Below are positions 9,801-18,700 of a DNA stretch of 64,000 nucleotides, piece after piece; the stretch's first letter is position 1; the number at the start of each line of letters is the position of its first letter. Both the position numbers and the translations under genes were made by a program. Origin of the DNA: Longimicrobiales bacterium (GTDB lineage: Bacteria > Gemmatimonadota > Gemmatimonadetes > Longimicrobiales > Gaopeijiaceae); NCBI GenBank assembly GCA_965204735.1, contig OZ242008.1, positions 512,001 to 576,000 on the forward strand, given 5' to 3'. The notes beneath the pieces were generated by a model. That model ran no database searches and was not told the origin of the DNA. It saw only the letters and a program-made list of their open reading frames with translations.

Positions 9801-12002
9801 GGCCAGTTGATAGCCGAACCAGGGCACGTGTCCGTCCTCGTGGATGCAGTTGAGCCACAGCGACACTTCCGCCAGCTCGATGGCGACAGGGTTCAGGTCC
9901 ACGCCGTAGACGTTCCGGTCGGTGACGAAGTGGCGGACCCTCTGCAGCTCGTCGGCGTACTGGTCGTGAGGGATGCGCTTGCCCAGCTCGCGCTGCTTGC
10001 GGTCCAGGTACTTCTCGGAGAGCTGGTTGACGGCCTCGTTCAGGAACGCCGCCGAGCCCATGGCGGGCTCGCACACGGTCAGGCGCAGGATGTCGTCGGC
10101 GGGCATGTCGTCGGTGACGAGTTCGCGCAAAGAGTACTTGACCACGCAGCGGGTGAGCGACTCGGGCGTGTAGTAGCTGGCCGACTTCTGGCGGTCGCGG
10201 CCGGCCAGGCGGTAGACGAACGTGCCCTTGCGGTGGACGCGGAGCTTGAGGCGGCCGTCCTCGTCCCGGTCGTGGACGCGCTCGTCTTCCGAGTACTGTT
10301 CCAGGTCCTCGGCGCCGACGAAGAACGCGGCGTCCAAGTCGTCGTGCGCGGCCCCGGCCTTCTTGACCTCGTACAAGTCCTCTTCGGCGAAGAACCCCCG
10401 GTACGACAGCAGCGCCTCGTAGACCGCGCCCAGCTGGTTGATGCCCAACTGCGCGTAGGAGATGCGCCCCCTGCGCCGACGCTTGCCCGCGCCGCGTCCG
10501 CGACCCTTGCCGGCGCCGCCCTTGCCGCCTCGCCCTCTCGCCGCCCGCGTCAGCGACATCAGCCGGATCACCTTCTGCAGCACTTCGTTGCGCAACTTCA
10601 CCTTGTCGATCAGCGGCGTCGATCCCTCGCGGAAGAGCCGGCTGTCCAGCGGCCGCACGCGGAAGCCGAAGCGCAACGCGGGCTCGGAGCCGTTGGAGCG
10701 CCCTTCCATGCCCGGCAGCAGGTCCTCGCTGCCGCCCCAGTTGCTGCCGTCGAATCCGTCGCGCACCAGCCGGAACAGCCGCTCCACGCTGTGGTGGATG
10801 TAGTGGCCGTCGCGGGACTCGGGCGTGTCGAGCCGCACCATCTCCAGGTCGCGCAGGTGCTCCAGGCTGTATCCCTTGCGGTAGGCGTCGGAGGCCACGG
10901 GCGCGTATCCGAGCTCCGGGCGCGCCTCGATGTAGAAGAGGAAGAGCAGGCGGTACATGTAGCGCAGGCACTCCAGGCCCAGCTGGCCCGCCAAGGCGTC
11001 GTCGTCCAAGCCGAAGAGCTTGTCGTGGCGCACCTCGCGCATGTACCGGACGACCTCGTTGCCGACCAGCTCGATCGACTCGCGGAGCGCGTACTTCAAG
11101 TCCTCGGAGACGGCGAAGGCGTGCTTGTGGCTGTTCTCGTCCAAGTGGTCCAGCAGGCCATGGCTTTGCCCGTCCGGGGGCAACAGGCTGTCGCGGTGGA
11201 GCAGGACGGCGGCCGCCTTGAGGGTGGGGTCGTCGCGACGGCCCAGGATCTCCGCGAAGTCGAAGCGAAGCAGGCGGTTGTGCGTCCACTTGCTTCGTTC
11301 AAGCAGTAGCGCTTGGCCGAACGACAGCAGGAGGAGCCAGCGGGGCGGGTGCTCCTGACCGAACACGCGGCGCGTCGCCACGTCCTCCCAGCGCTCGTCC
11401 CGCAGCGTCGCCGACGGAGGCGCCTCCCCGTGGAACTGGGCGGGATGGGGCCTGACGGACAGCGGGTCGTCGCCCTCCGCGCCGGCGTCGTAAGCCTCCA
11501 GGACCAGCAGCTGGGGCGCGCCCGCGCTGCTTCGGCCGGCCGCGCACAGCACGGGGAGTTCGACGCCGTCGTCGAGCGGCAGGTTGGCCGGGCGCCAGTC
11601 GGCTTCGTACCCCAGCGCGTCGAGGAAGCGGCGGAACCACTGGCGCTGGGCGGCGATCTGGTCGGCGTGGACTTGATGGGCGGCCTGCCGAACGCTCGCC
11701 CGCCGAGCCGCCCGTCGCTCGAAGGCGTCGCGAAACCGAGCGTAGTCGGTCGCCAAGGCGCGGAGGGCCGCGTGAGGCGTGCGGTGCGGCACGGCGGCTT
11801 GGCCGTCCGGGTCGGCTGCGTCGGAGTCCGCCGCGATGGAGGAAGTCCTGTCGCCTGAAGTCACGTCCCCCGTCGCGTCGTCCTGCCAGCGCTTGATCGT
11901 TTCCTTGATGTCGCCGGTGAATATCTCCGACAGGTAGTGGTGGCTGTAGAACTCGTTCTCGTTGTGGATTCCGGCGAAGGTGGCGGCGGCTTCGAGCGCC
12001 AT
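6852..12002 (-). CDS. Large N6-adenine DNA methyltransferase (Eco57I/type IIG-like, DrmMI-like), 1716 aa
   Basis: QLGAVYEALL, SASYYTP, motif I VCEPAMGSAAFL, YGVDLNP, motif IV FDLVLGNPPW (gamma order), then a C-terminal target-recognition region. Confidence 0.92.
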   Translation of the reverse strand: MALEAAATFAGIHNENEFYSHHYLSEIFTGDIKETIKRWQDDATGDVTSGDRTSSIAADSDAADPDGQAAVPHRTPHAALRALATDYARFRDAFERRAARRASVRQAAHQVHADQIAAQRQWFRRFLDALGYEADWRPANLPLDDGVELPVLCAAGRSSAGAPQLLVLEAYDAGAEGDDPLSVRPHPAQFHGEAPPSATLRDERWEDVATRRVFGQEHPPRWLLLLSFGQALLLERSKWTHNRLLRFDFAEILGRRDDPTLKAAAVLLHRDSLLPPDGQSHGLLDHLDENSHKHAFAVSEDLKYALRESIELVGNEVVRYMREVRHDKLFGLDDDALAGQLGLECLRYMYRLLFLFYIEARPELGYAPVASDAYRKGYSLEHLRDLEMVRLDTPESRDGHYIHHSVERLFRLVRDGFDGSNWGGSEDLLPGMEGRSNGSEPALRFGFRVRPLDSRLFREGSTPLIDKVKLRNEVLQKVIRLMSLTRAARGRGGKGGAGKGRGRGAGKRRRRGRISYAQLGINQLGAVYEALLSYRGFFAEEDLYEVKKAGAAHDDLDAAFFVGAEDLEQYSEDERVHDRDEDGRLKLRVHRKGTFVYRLAGRDRQKSASYYTPESLTRCVVKYSLRELVTDDMPADDILRLTVCEPAMGSAAFLNEAVNQLSEKYLDRKQRELGKRIPHDQYADELQRVRHFVTDRNVYGVDLNPVAIELAEVSLWLNCIHEDGHVPWFGYQLACGNSLVGARRQVYPAKKVRKAKGQKKADLWFNEAPERVEPGPEAHRPPGTIYHFLLPDPGMVGYKDKAAKAMEAANFERIRLWRLDFFKAFSAEDTTKLELLSDKVDELWAMHAEQLGRDHRETEDTLPVWGQPASAHPRRTSNTWKDRIRAQGIFGDGDGVRTASPYRRLKLVMDYWCALWFWPIREAAQLPRRDEFLSEISLVLTGAVQQPGVGPDEIDDLFGAEYAQHAEEMARRITNETGMLDLQKLFAEFPRLRFVNELAQRHRFHHWELAFADLFAERGGFDLVLGNPPWVKVEWQEKGVLGEKNPALVLRRVSAKDVTELRGSAFHRYEGLQGAWLDEMEEADATQAFLNGVQNYPLLKGQQTNLYKCFLPSAWMAARQDGGVTGLLHPDGVYDDPKGGAFREALYPRLRAHFQFQNEKRLFPEVHHHTKFSVNVYGGLPRQPAFQHIANLFQPQTVDACMEHDGHGPVPGIKDDKGKWNVAGHAERVLEVDLDALGNFAKLYDEEGTPSHQARLPALHAKTLLSALAKLAAHPRRLEDLGDDVFFTLHWHETGAQRDGTIRRETRFPKTSSELVLSGPHFFVGNPLNKTPRQKCTLNSHYDVLDLTTLPEDYLPRTNYVPACALDEYDDRTPRVSWKDETGTHPRVVDNYRIVNRQMVGSSAERTLITAIISSGPAHVHASVASAFKSLCDMLDFLALSMTIVLDFFVKTTGAGNVNATSLHRLPVLAGHTVPAARAALRIRVLRLCCLTTHYAELWKAAFGSFIPSPTNPGASGLPATDLFLADSWTTFDPRLPNDFSTLTHNWRYGNALRTDYARRQALVEIDILSAMALGLTLEELLTIYRVQFPVMRQYETDTWYDANGRIVFTPSKGLPGVGLPRTAAKNDSSSYEIRTPADRQPIRTSLGWNDIRDLKEGVVSRAVIDDTQPGGPIERIIEYHAPFSRPDREGDYRRAWATFDQRLGRSASSSPTSGA

Positions 12003-12005
12003 TGA

Positions 12006-13325
12006 TCAGTCCCTCCAGGCCCGGAACGCCTTCATCTGCTCCATGCGCGCCCGGTAGCCCGCCGGCCCCCGCTCGATCAGGCCCGCGCCGACCAGCCAGT
12101 TGAGGTCGCGAGTCAGCGTCTTGCCGGTCCTGTCGGCGTACATGTGCGCCACCTGCGACGTGAGCGCCGGCACGTCCCGCTTCCGGACCGGCTTGTCCAG
12201 CGCAGACAACGCCAGCACGACCTCCCTTCGGCGGCGAGCCGCCAGCGTCTGCTTGCCTTGCCGAAACGTCTGGAACACGAAGTGCTCCCACGCCAGCTCC
12301 ATCTGCACCTGTTCGATGTACCGGCACTGGTCGGCGAGCCCGTCCACGAACCCCCGGACCGCGTACTCCACGAACCCGAACGCATCGCCGTGCTCGTCGT
12401 CGCGACCGTGGCCGCCCACCCGGCTGGACCGGTCCAGTTCTCGGTAGTAGCGGTTGCGTGTGAGGTTGAAGTGGTTGCTCATCAGGTGCGCCGACGGGAA
12501 CGGAACCCCGGCCCGCGCCAGCAGCATGAACTCGACGAGCCGCGCCGTCCGCCCGTTGCCGTCCCCGTACGGGTGAATCCACGCAATGTACAGATGGGCC
12601 AGCGTCGCCTTCAGGATGCCCTCCGCCATGCGCCGGCGCCGGGCGTCCTGGAAGACCCGACGAGGGGTGCCAACCGCCGGGTCGGCCGCGTCGGTCGGAG
12701 CTCCGGCGTGCCCCCTCTGGGACGGCCCCTCTTGGGACACGCCCCCTTCGGCCGCCCCCGTCCTGGGACCCGGCACGTCGTCCTCGTCCAACCACCGGCA
12801 AAGTCGGTCCAGCAGGTAGTCGCAGTCCTCTCTCGGCGCGGCCCGATACCGGCCGACCCCGACCTGGAAGGCGGGCACCTCTCCCGGAACGACTCCTTCC
12901 CCCAGCACCTCTTCCAGCCCGCCGAGCACGGCCCGGTTGGCGTCGGCGATCCACTTTCGTGTAAGCCGCGGCGCGGTTCCGGCCATAATCCGGTCCCGAA
13001 TGTCCCTGCAGGCGTCCAAGATGTTGACCACTTCCTGTCCCAAGTAGCCCTGCGACGGCGGCAGGTCGAGGGTACCGTCCAGTGCCTGGCCCACCTGTTC
13101 CTCGGTCAGCGTGTTGTTCTCGATGGCGGTCGTCGCCCTGGCGCCCTTGACGAGGTACGTCGCGTAGAGCCCCCGGGCGGCACGCGGCGGCAAGACGGTG
13201 CCCGAAACCTGCTCGCAGAGTGCCACGGCCTGCCCCAGCAGCGCCCAGAGCCGGGGCGCCGCCCGGTCGAGGTTGATCGAGAAGCTGATCCAGGGGTGGC
13301 TGGTCTGGTAGGCGCGTGGGGTCAT
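12006..13325 (-). CDS. Fic-domain protein with C-terminal winged-helix-like region
   Basis: Fic motif HPYGDGNGRTAR, ATTAIENNTLT; likely start MTPRAYQTSHPW at 13325; stop 3 bp before the MTase ATG. Confidence 0.9.
   Translation of the reverse strand: MTPRAYQTSHPWISFSINLDRAAPRLWALLGQAVALCEQVSGTVLPPRAARGLYATYLVKGARATTAIENNTLTEEQVGQALDGTLDLPPSQGYLGQEVVNILDACRDIRDRIMAGTAPRLTRKWIADANRAVLGGLEEVLGEGVVPGEVPAFQVGVGRYRAAPREDCDYLLDRLCRWLDEDDVPGPRTGAAEGGVSQEGPSQRGHAGAPTDAADPAVGTPRRVFQDARRRRMAEGILKATLAHLYIAWIHPYGDGNGRTARLVEFMLLARAGVPFPSAHLMSNHFNLTRNRYYRELDRSSRVGGHGRDDEHGDAFGFVEYAVRGFVDGLADQCRYIEQVQMELAWEHFVFQTFRQGKQTLAARRRREVVLALSALDKPVRKRDVPALTSQVAHMYADRTGKTLTRDLNWLVGAGLIERGPAGYRARMEQMKAFRAWRD
12019..12057. 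repeat. 39-bp inverted repeat copy A (Fic 3' end); partner at 14157-14195
   Basis: Reverse complement matches 14157-14195 at 37/39 positions by manual alignment. Confidence 0.9.
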
Positions 13326-13528
13326 GGGAGGAAGCGTCGATTTCGCATGGTCAGAATGTCCGTGCGACTGTCCCGTTTCGCAAGTCTCGATGTCCAGCGT
13401 GGTGCCCGGACGCCGACGGCCGAGATTACCCGGCACCTTCCAACGCGGGGCTTGACGCGACGGTTCCTGTCGCAGACGGTCAGACCCTTGGATGCGGACT
13501 TCGACGCCACCATCTCCGGGAGGGACAC

Positions 13529-13799
13529 ATGTCAGCGGCTGGACGATCTATCGATAGCGAGCGTGACGCCTTCTTGCGCCATGTCTGTGGTCTGCTGATC
13601 GCCAGTATGCCGCATGAAGGCCTGGAAGAAGTCTTCGCACATCTCTTGGAAGCTCACGACTTTCACACGGAGAACCGGGTTGCCGGCGCCCGAGCGTCAG
13701 GAAACCGTCGTGACTACGGTGGTCGTATCTGGACGCGTCAGCCGCCCGACACTGGTGCTGGATAGCGAACCTCCGCACGGTCCAAGACCTCCTGCCTGA
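13529..13799 (+). pseudogene. Possible small frameshifted hypothetical gene
   Basis: GGGAGG RBS then MSAAGRSIDSERDAFLRHVCGLLIASMPHEGLEEVFAHLLEAHDF; plausible continuation LPAPERQETVVTTVVVSGRVSRPTLVLDSE in another frame; overlaps the convergent MNT end. Confidence 0.35.
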
Positions 13800-14049
13800 A
13801 GTACGGGCTCAGATCTTCGGGCGTCCTCAGATCAACCTGGCGTCCACCAAAGATGCGGGCCAAGCCGAACTCCAGCTCGGCGATGCCCAGCAAACCGGGG
13901 ACGCGATGGGGTTCGAATTCGACCAGCAAGTCGATATCGCTGCTCGGCCCGAAGTCGTCCTCGAGGGCCGAGCCGAACACCGCGAGCTTCTTGATCCCAT
14001 TCCCTTGGCAAAACGCCGCCAGGGCCGTTTCGGACACGGAGATGTTCAT
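13738..14049 (-). CDS. Minimal nucleotidyltransferase (MNT-type antitoxin), no adjacent HEPN/DUF86 partner
   Basis: MNISVSE...LAVFGSALEDDFGPSSDIDLLVEF (GS...DxD), VDLRTPEDLSPYFR; 103 aa. Confidence 0.9.
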   Translation of the reverse strand: MNISVSETALAAFCQGNGIKKLAVFGSALEDDFGPSSDIDLLVEFEPHRVPGLLGIAELEFGLARIFGGRQVDLRTPEDLSPYFRQEVLDRAEVRYPAPVSGG

Positions 14050-14138
14050 CCGCCCACCATCACGCAGACGACCTTGATGTACGGCTGGCGCTCCAGCGTC
14101 ATCGTGTCCTCGACCCACTCCAGATAGTCATCGAAGAT
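14050..14138. repeat. 89-bp direct repeat: second copy of the SNF2 helicase 3' end
   Basis: 86/89 identical to 15782-15870; on the minus strand reads IFDDYLEWVEDTMTLERQPYIKVVCVMVGG-stop, with the stop overlapping the MNT ATG (ATGA). Confidence 0.95.
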
Positions 14139-14156
14139 CCCGCTTGCGTAGGAGGA

Positions 14157-14195
14157 CTATCGGGCGCGCATGGAGCAGATGAAGGCGTTCGGGGC
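14157..14195. repeat. 39-bp inverted repeat copy B (fragment of Fic 3' end on + strand)
   Basis: CTATCGGGCGCGCATGGAGCAGATGAAGGCGTTCGGGGC encodes YRARMEQMKAF, as in the Fic C-terminus. Confidence 0.9.
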
Positions 14196-14224
14196 ACGGT
14201 TTCCGGCCAGAATCCTGTCTTCGA

Positions 14225-15190
14225 CTACGACGCCGGGAGCTGAGGCGGCTCAACCAAGTTGTGCATGGGAATTGCTTGGTGCTTGATGAAAGCTCGGCCC
14301 ATGTGATTCTCTACAATCTTGACCGCCGGCGTAGCTGCAAACGTGTGAGTTGTGGCATGAAACACGGACAACCCCAAGTCTTGCAACGTCTCGTCGTTCT
14401 CCAAAGGCACTACCACAAGTCCTTTCTTTTCTAGCTGGGATCGTGACAGATGTCTGCTATGGCTCCCGAACCCCTTGTGATCGGCAAGCCACTCCGCAAT
14501 CGATTCAGCTCTTTGGGACGAATCGTTCTCTTCTCTAAACATGTAGGTCTGAAGCCATGTTTTGACCAGTTCTTTGGACATTGCCAACGCTGCTTCGCAT
14601 CGCACCAGAAGATCTGGACCATACTGGCTCAGCATGGGCAGCCAAGCTGCCAGGCGGCTTGAGTCCTCGCACTCACGCCGAGCCTGACCAAACTGGTCGA
14701 GAATTGCCTGGGCGGGTGCCAGGCGTTTCCCCAACTGGGTCTCCAACAAGATCTGTGGATCGGTTGGTCCCAAGAAGGAATGCTTGCCCAATACGATCTC
14801 GTCCGCCGCGCACGCGATCATTGTAGCTGCCGACATGGCAAGCTGAGGTACGATGACCCGAATATGGCTAAACCGTGAACGCAAGTATGAAACCACAGCC
14901 TCGGCGGCTTCGGGTGATCCTCCGGGACTATGCAGCACTAGATCAAGATCAGTTCCGTCCAAGCCATACACGACTTCCATAAGAGCTTGTATGTCTTCGT
15001 CGACTATCGACACAAGACCCGGTGTCACATCTTGTTTCTGGAGCCACGCGGATGCGTACAGAATAACGTTGCGCTCGGAATGCTTGTGCAACTGTGCGAG
15101 ATATCTCCTGCGGATTACGTCAAAAGCCCGAGGTTCCCCTTGTGGAGTTGCCTCAGCTAGTTCCTTAAGTATGTCGCTCCAGATTGGCAT
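14225..15190 (-). CDS. SDH-family (ClpP/crotonase-fold) serine protease
   Basis: LVLHSPGGSPEAAE, IVPQLAMSAATMIACAADEIVLG, LGPTDPQ, HGS/H-like SHSRHL; lower GC than flanks. Confidence 0.88.
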   Translation of the reverse strand: MPIWSDILKELAEATPQGEPRAFDVIRRRYLAQLHKHSERNVILYASAWLQKQDVTPGLVSIVDEDIQALMEVVYGLDGTDLDLVLHSPGGSPEAAEAVVSYLRSRFSHIRVIVPQLAMSAATMIACAADEIVLGKHSFLGPTDPQILLETQLGKRLAPAQAILDQFGQARRECEDSSRLAAWLPMLSQYGPDLLVRCEAALAMSKELVKTWLQTYMFREENDSSQRAESIAEWLADHKGFGSHSRHLSRSQLEKKGLVVVPLENDETLQDLGLSVFHATTHTFAATPAVKIVENHMGRAFIKHQAIPMHNLVEPPQLPAS

Positions 15191-15227
15191 GAAGGCTCCT
15201 TCCGATCCAGCGTTGATACTGAAGCAG

Positions 15228-15449
15228 TCAACGATGGAAGAATGCGGTGTGATTTGTGGTGGTCGTGACGACCTGATTCCGCGAAATCGCTCGATGTGGC
15301 TCGAGGCTCCGATCAGCTTGTTTCCAAGCTCCGTAGACCTTCATGAGCTCTCGAATGCCGGGTCGTGCGGATACCTCGCGGATCAGGGATTCGCAGTCCT
15401 GCTGACGCTGGGACTGGCGACTAGGCGGGACTTTCTTCCGGTGGGCCAT
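15228..15449 (-). CDS. Small basic hypothetical protein (73 aa) upstream of SDH protease
   Basis: GGAG RBS then MAHRKKVPP...RPGIRELMKVYGAW; same strand and similar low GC as the protease. Confidence 0.55.
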   Translation of the reverse strand: MAHRKKVPPSRQSQRQQDCESLIREVSARPGIRELMKVYGAWKQADRSLEPHRAISRNQVVTTTTNHTAFFHR

Positions 15450-15774
15450 TAGCACTCCATTGCTCTTGGGAAGCAGGCTGGCTAGCCAACGCTAACGACG
15501 CGGGCATCGCCAGACAAGGTGGGCTCCCCTTCCCGAACCGCGACAGCCGGAGGACCGGCACCGTCCGGCGTGCGTCCCGGCGGTGCTGGACCTGGTCCGA
15601 ACTGGTCTCCGCGACTGGATTCGGCAGGTCCTGCGGCACCCTCCGTACGGCCCGCAGTCAGCTTGGTACCGTTCAATCGCTCACCCGAAGCTTCGGAGGC
15701 CGTGCCGGGTGGTGGGCGACCGACAGAAGATCGGCGGGCTTGCCGGAGTCGTGCGGTACGTGCCTTCCCGGTCC

Positions 15775-18700
15775 TCAGTGCCCGCCCACCATCACGCAGA
15801 CGACCTTGATGTACGGCTGGCTCTCAAGCGTCATCGTGTCCTCGACCCACTCCAGATAGTCGTCGAAGATATCCTCAATCTCCCGCTCGCCAGCGGAGCG
15901 CTGGTGGGCCTTGAACGCCTCGGTCCTCTGCGACCGCTCCAGCTTGAGGGCGAGCTGCTTGATGCGACGCGCCTTGAGTCCTTCCAGCGCTGCCAGCTCC
16001 CGGTTGAGCTGCTCGTCCATTCGGTCCTCGAACGCCTGCCGCCGCCCGTCGAGCCATTCCTTCGCCCGCTGGACGGCGCCCGGCAACAGCTTCTGCAGCG
16101 CATCCAAGTCGGGCTGAATGTTCCTGTTCGGCACCGCCTGCTCCTTCAAGCCCGTCCGGTCCAGCAGCGCTTGGAAGGTCTCGATCCCGGCTTGCTTCCC
16201 GCCCTGGAACGTCACGGCGACCCATTCGTGCACAAGAGGATGGCTCTTGCGGTTCGGCACCATCCCGGACAGCACGAACACGGCCTCGTCGTCGGCCAAC
16301 TGCGGCACCCCGGTCACGACCGGCGCCTGGTGTCGGCCGAAGGCGGCCAGCATTCGGTCGTTCAGCCAGCCGACCACCGGGTTCAGCCGCCAGAGGTAGT
16401 GGAGCTTCGGCCATGCATGCTCGTCGCGGCGGCTCTCGACGATGGCCTCGCCGATGCGCTCGCGATCCGTCGTCAGGCGAAAGCGTCCGTCCTGGGGGAC
16501 CACCTCCCGAGGGAACGGATCGAAGCGGTGGAGCAAGTCGTCCGGGGCGTCGAGCGTCAGCGAACCCGAGTCGGCGTCCACATCGAAGCGCAGTGCGGGG
16601 TTCCGTCTCCGCAGGCGGTGAAGCGCCTGCTCGCAATAGGCCAAGTCGTCGGCGAACAGCGACAGCGGCGGGGCAGGCGGTCCGCGCTCCGGGGCCGGTT
16701 CCCGGGAGTCGGTCGCCGGTCCTTGCTCGCCCGGTCCTTGTCGGCTGCCGCCCGCGGTCCCCAGGAACAGCGCCAGCAAGTCTTCCGCCTTGTTCGACTT
16801 GGGCTGATGGCGGGCGTCGAAGTCGTCGGCCTCTTCCCCCTCCGCCATTGCCTTGGCCGTGATCTCCTCTTCGGCGGAGACGTCGTGGACGTTCATGAAC
16901 GTTGCCGGGTCGCCGATGTTCTTGTACGCCTGCTCGTCCTTTGCTTGCAGGATTTCGAGGATGCGCGTGTCGCCGCGGATCCTCTGGTTCGTGCTCTCCG
17001 CGACCAAGTAGACGATCTGCGGTCGGCGCTTCTGGCCGTAGCGGTCCACGCGCCCGTTGCGTTGCTGAAAGACCATCAGCGACCACGGCATGTCGAAGTG
17101 AATCAGGCGGTGGCAGTGGTAGTGCAGGTTGATGCCCTCGGAAGCGACGTCCGAGCAGAGCAACAGCCGGACGGGACGCTTTGCGTTGCCGAAGTCCTCG
17201 ACCACGCGCTGCTGATCCACGTCGTTCATGGTCCCGTGCAGAATGGCCACTTGGGCGCTGGCGAGCCCAAGGTCTTCCGCAAGATGCTTGCGCAGCCAAC
17301 GCAGCGTCTCGATCCGCTCGGTGAACACGACCAGCCGGTCCTCCGCCGCTCCCCGGCCGCTGGCCTTCCACCTGAACGGCCGTCCGCCCCGAATCGCGTC
17401 CAGCAAAGCCTGGTACTTGGCGTAGTCGCGCGGCCCGATGACGGCCAGTGCGTCCCGCAGCGCGCGCAAGGAGGTCATCTCGGCGCCAACTTCGGCAGCC
17501 GCCGCAGCTGCGGGCGCAGCGCCGGTCCCGTCAGCCGTCCTTTGGTTCAGCTCCCTTTCGCGCCGCCGAATGCGGTTGTCCACCGTAGCCAAGCACGCGG
17601 CCGGACTGGAGAAGAGTGCCTTCTCGAGCGTGACCGAGAAGAGGTCGCGACGTTCCTGGCCGCCGGCGTTCGCTCCCGGGTCGGTTGCCTCTGCTTCCGA
17701 ACCTGCCAGGGCTCCGCCGCTTGCCACCGCTTCCGAGCTCGCCAAGGCTCCGCCGCTTGCCACCGCCCCCGAGCCCGTCAAAGCCCAGCCGCTTGCCTGC
17801 GCCCGCAAGCCCGCCGAAGCCCGCGCCCTGCCCGCCCTCGCCACCTTCACCGCCAAGAGCGCTTCGTAGGCCCGTTCCTCCTTTGCGGAGGCGGGGAACC
17901 GGCTGCGATGCACTTCGCGGTCCCGAAAGGCGTCCCGCACGTCTGCGCGAATGTCCTTCTTGAAGCGCCGAATCACCAGTCCCTTGTCGCGAAAGTCCTC
18001 GCGCCGATAGTCCTCCGGGTCGGTGATGGCGGTGGCGTCGAGCATGTTCACGAGGCTGGCGAAGCTGCGCGCCTTCCCGTCGTGCGGCGTCGCCGTCAGC
18101 ATGATCAGGGTGTCGGAGCGTCGCGCCAGCAAGCGGGCCAGCCGGCTCCGAAGCGACCCGGTTCCGCGGTCGGCCACGTTGTGCGCTTCGTCGATGACGA
18201 TCACGTCCCAGTACGCCTGCTCCAAGTACGTCCGGTACTCCCTGTCCTGCTTGAGGGTGTCGATGGAGATGATCGACTTGTCGTAGTAGTGGAACGGGTT
18301 GTGGCTGGTGGGAATCCGCCGCCGCACGCGCTGAATGCCGACCGAATCAAGCCGCGTGAGCGGGATCGTGAACCGGTTCCAGAACTCCTTTTGGAACTGC
18401 GTCAGCATGCTCTTCAACGCCAGCACCAGAATCCGCCGACCCCGGCCGCGCGCAATCAGTTCGCTGACCAGGACTCCCGCCTCCAGCGTCTTCCCCAGCC
18501 CCACCGCGTCCGCGATGAGGATGCGTTGCCGGGGCTGCCGCAACGCTTGGCGGGCCGGTGCCAGCTGGTACGCCACCGAGTCCATGGCGCCGAGATGCCC
18601 CGCGCGAATGCGTTTGTCGCTCGGCGCCGCTTGACGCAGCAGGCTCTCGATGTACAAGCGGCTGTCGGCGAACTGCGGCGACTCGTCGCGCACCAGCCGC

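Noticed and set aside
8985..11309. Long antisense and alternate-frame ORFs (also 15583-18975, 33748-35970, 36044-39325, 48522-51704)
   Set aside because: They shadow motif-bearing genes and are expected in high-GC DNA; no independent motifs.
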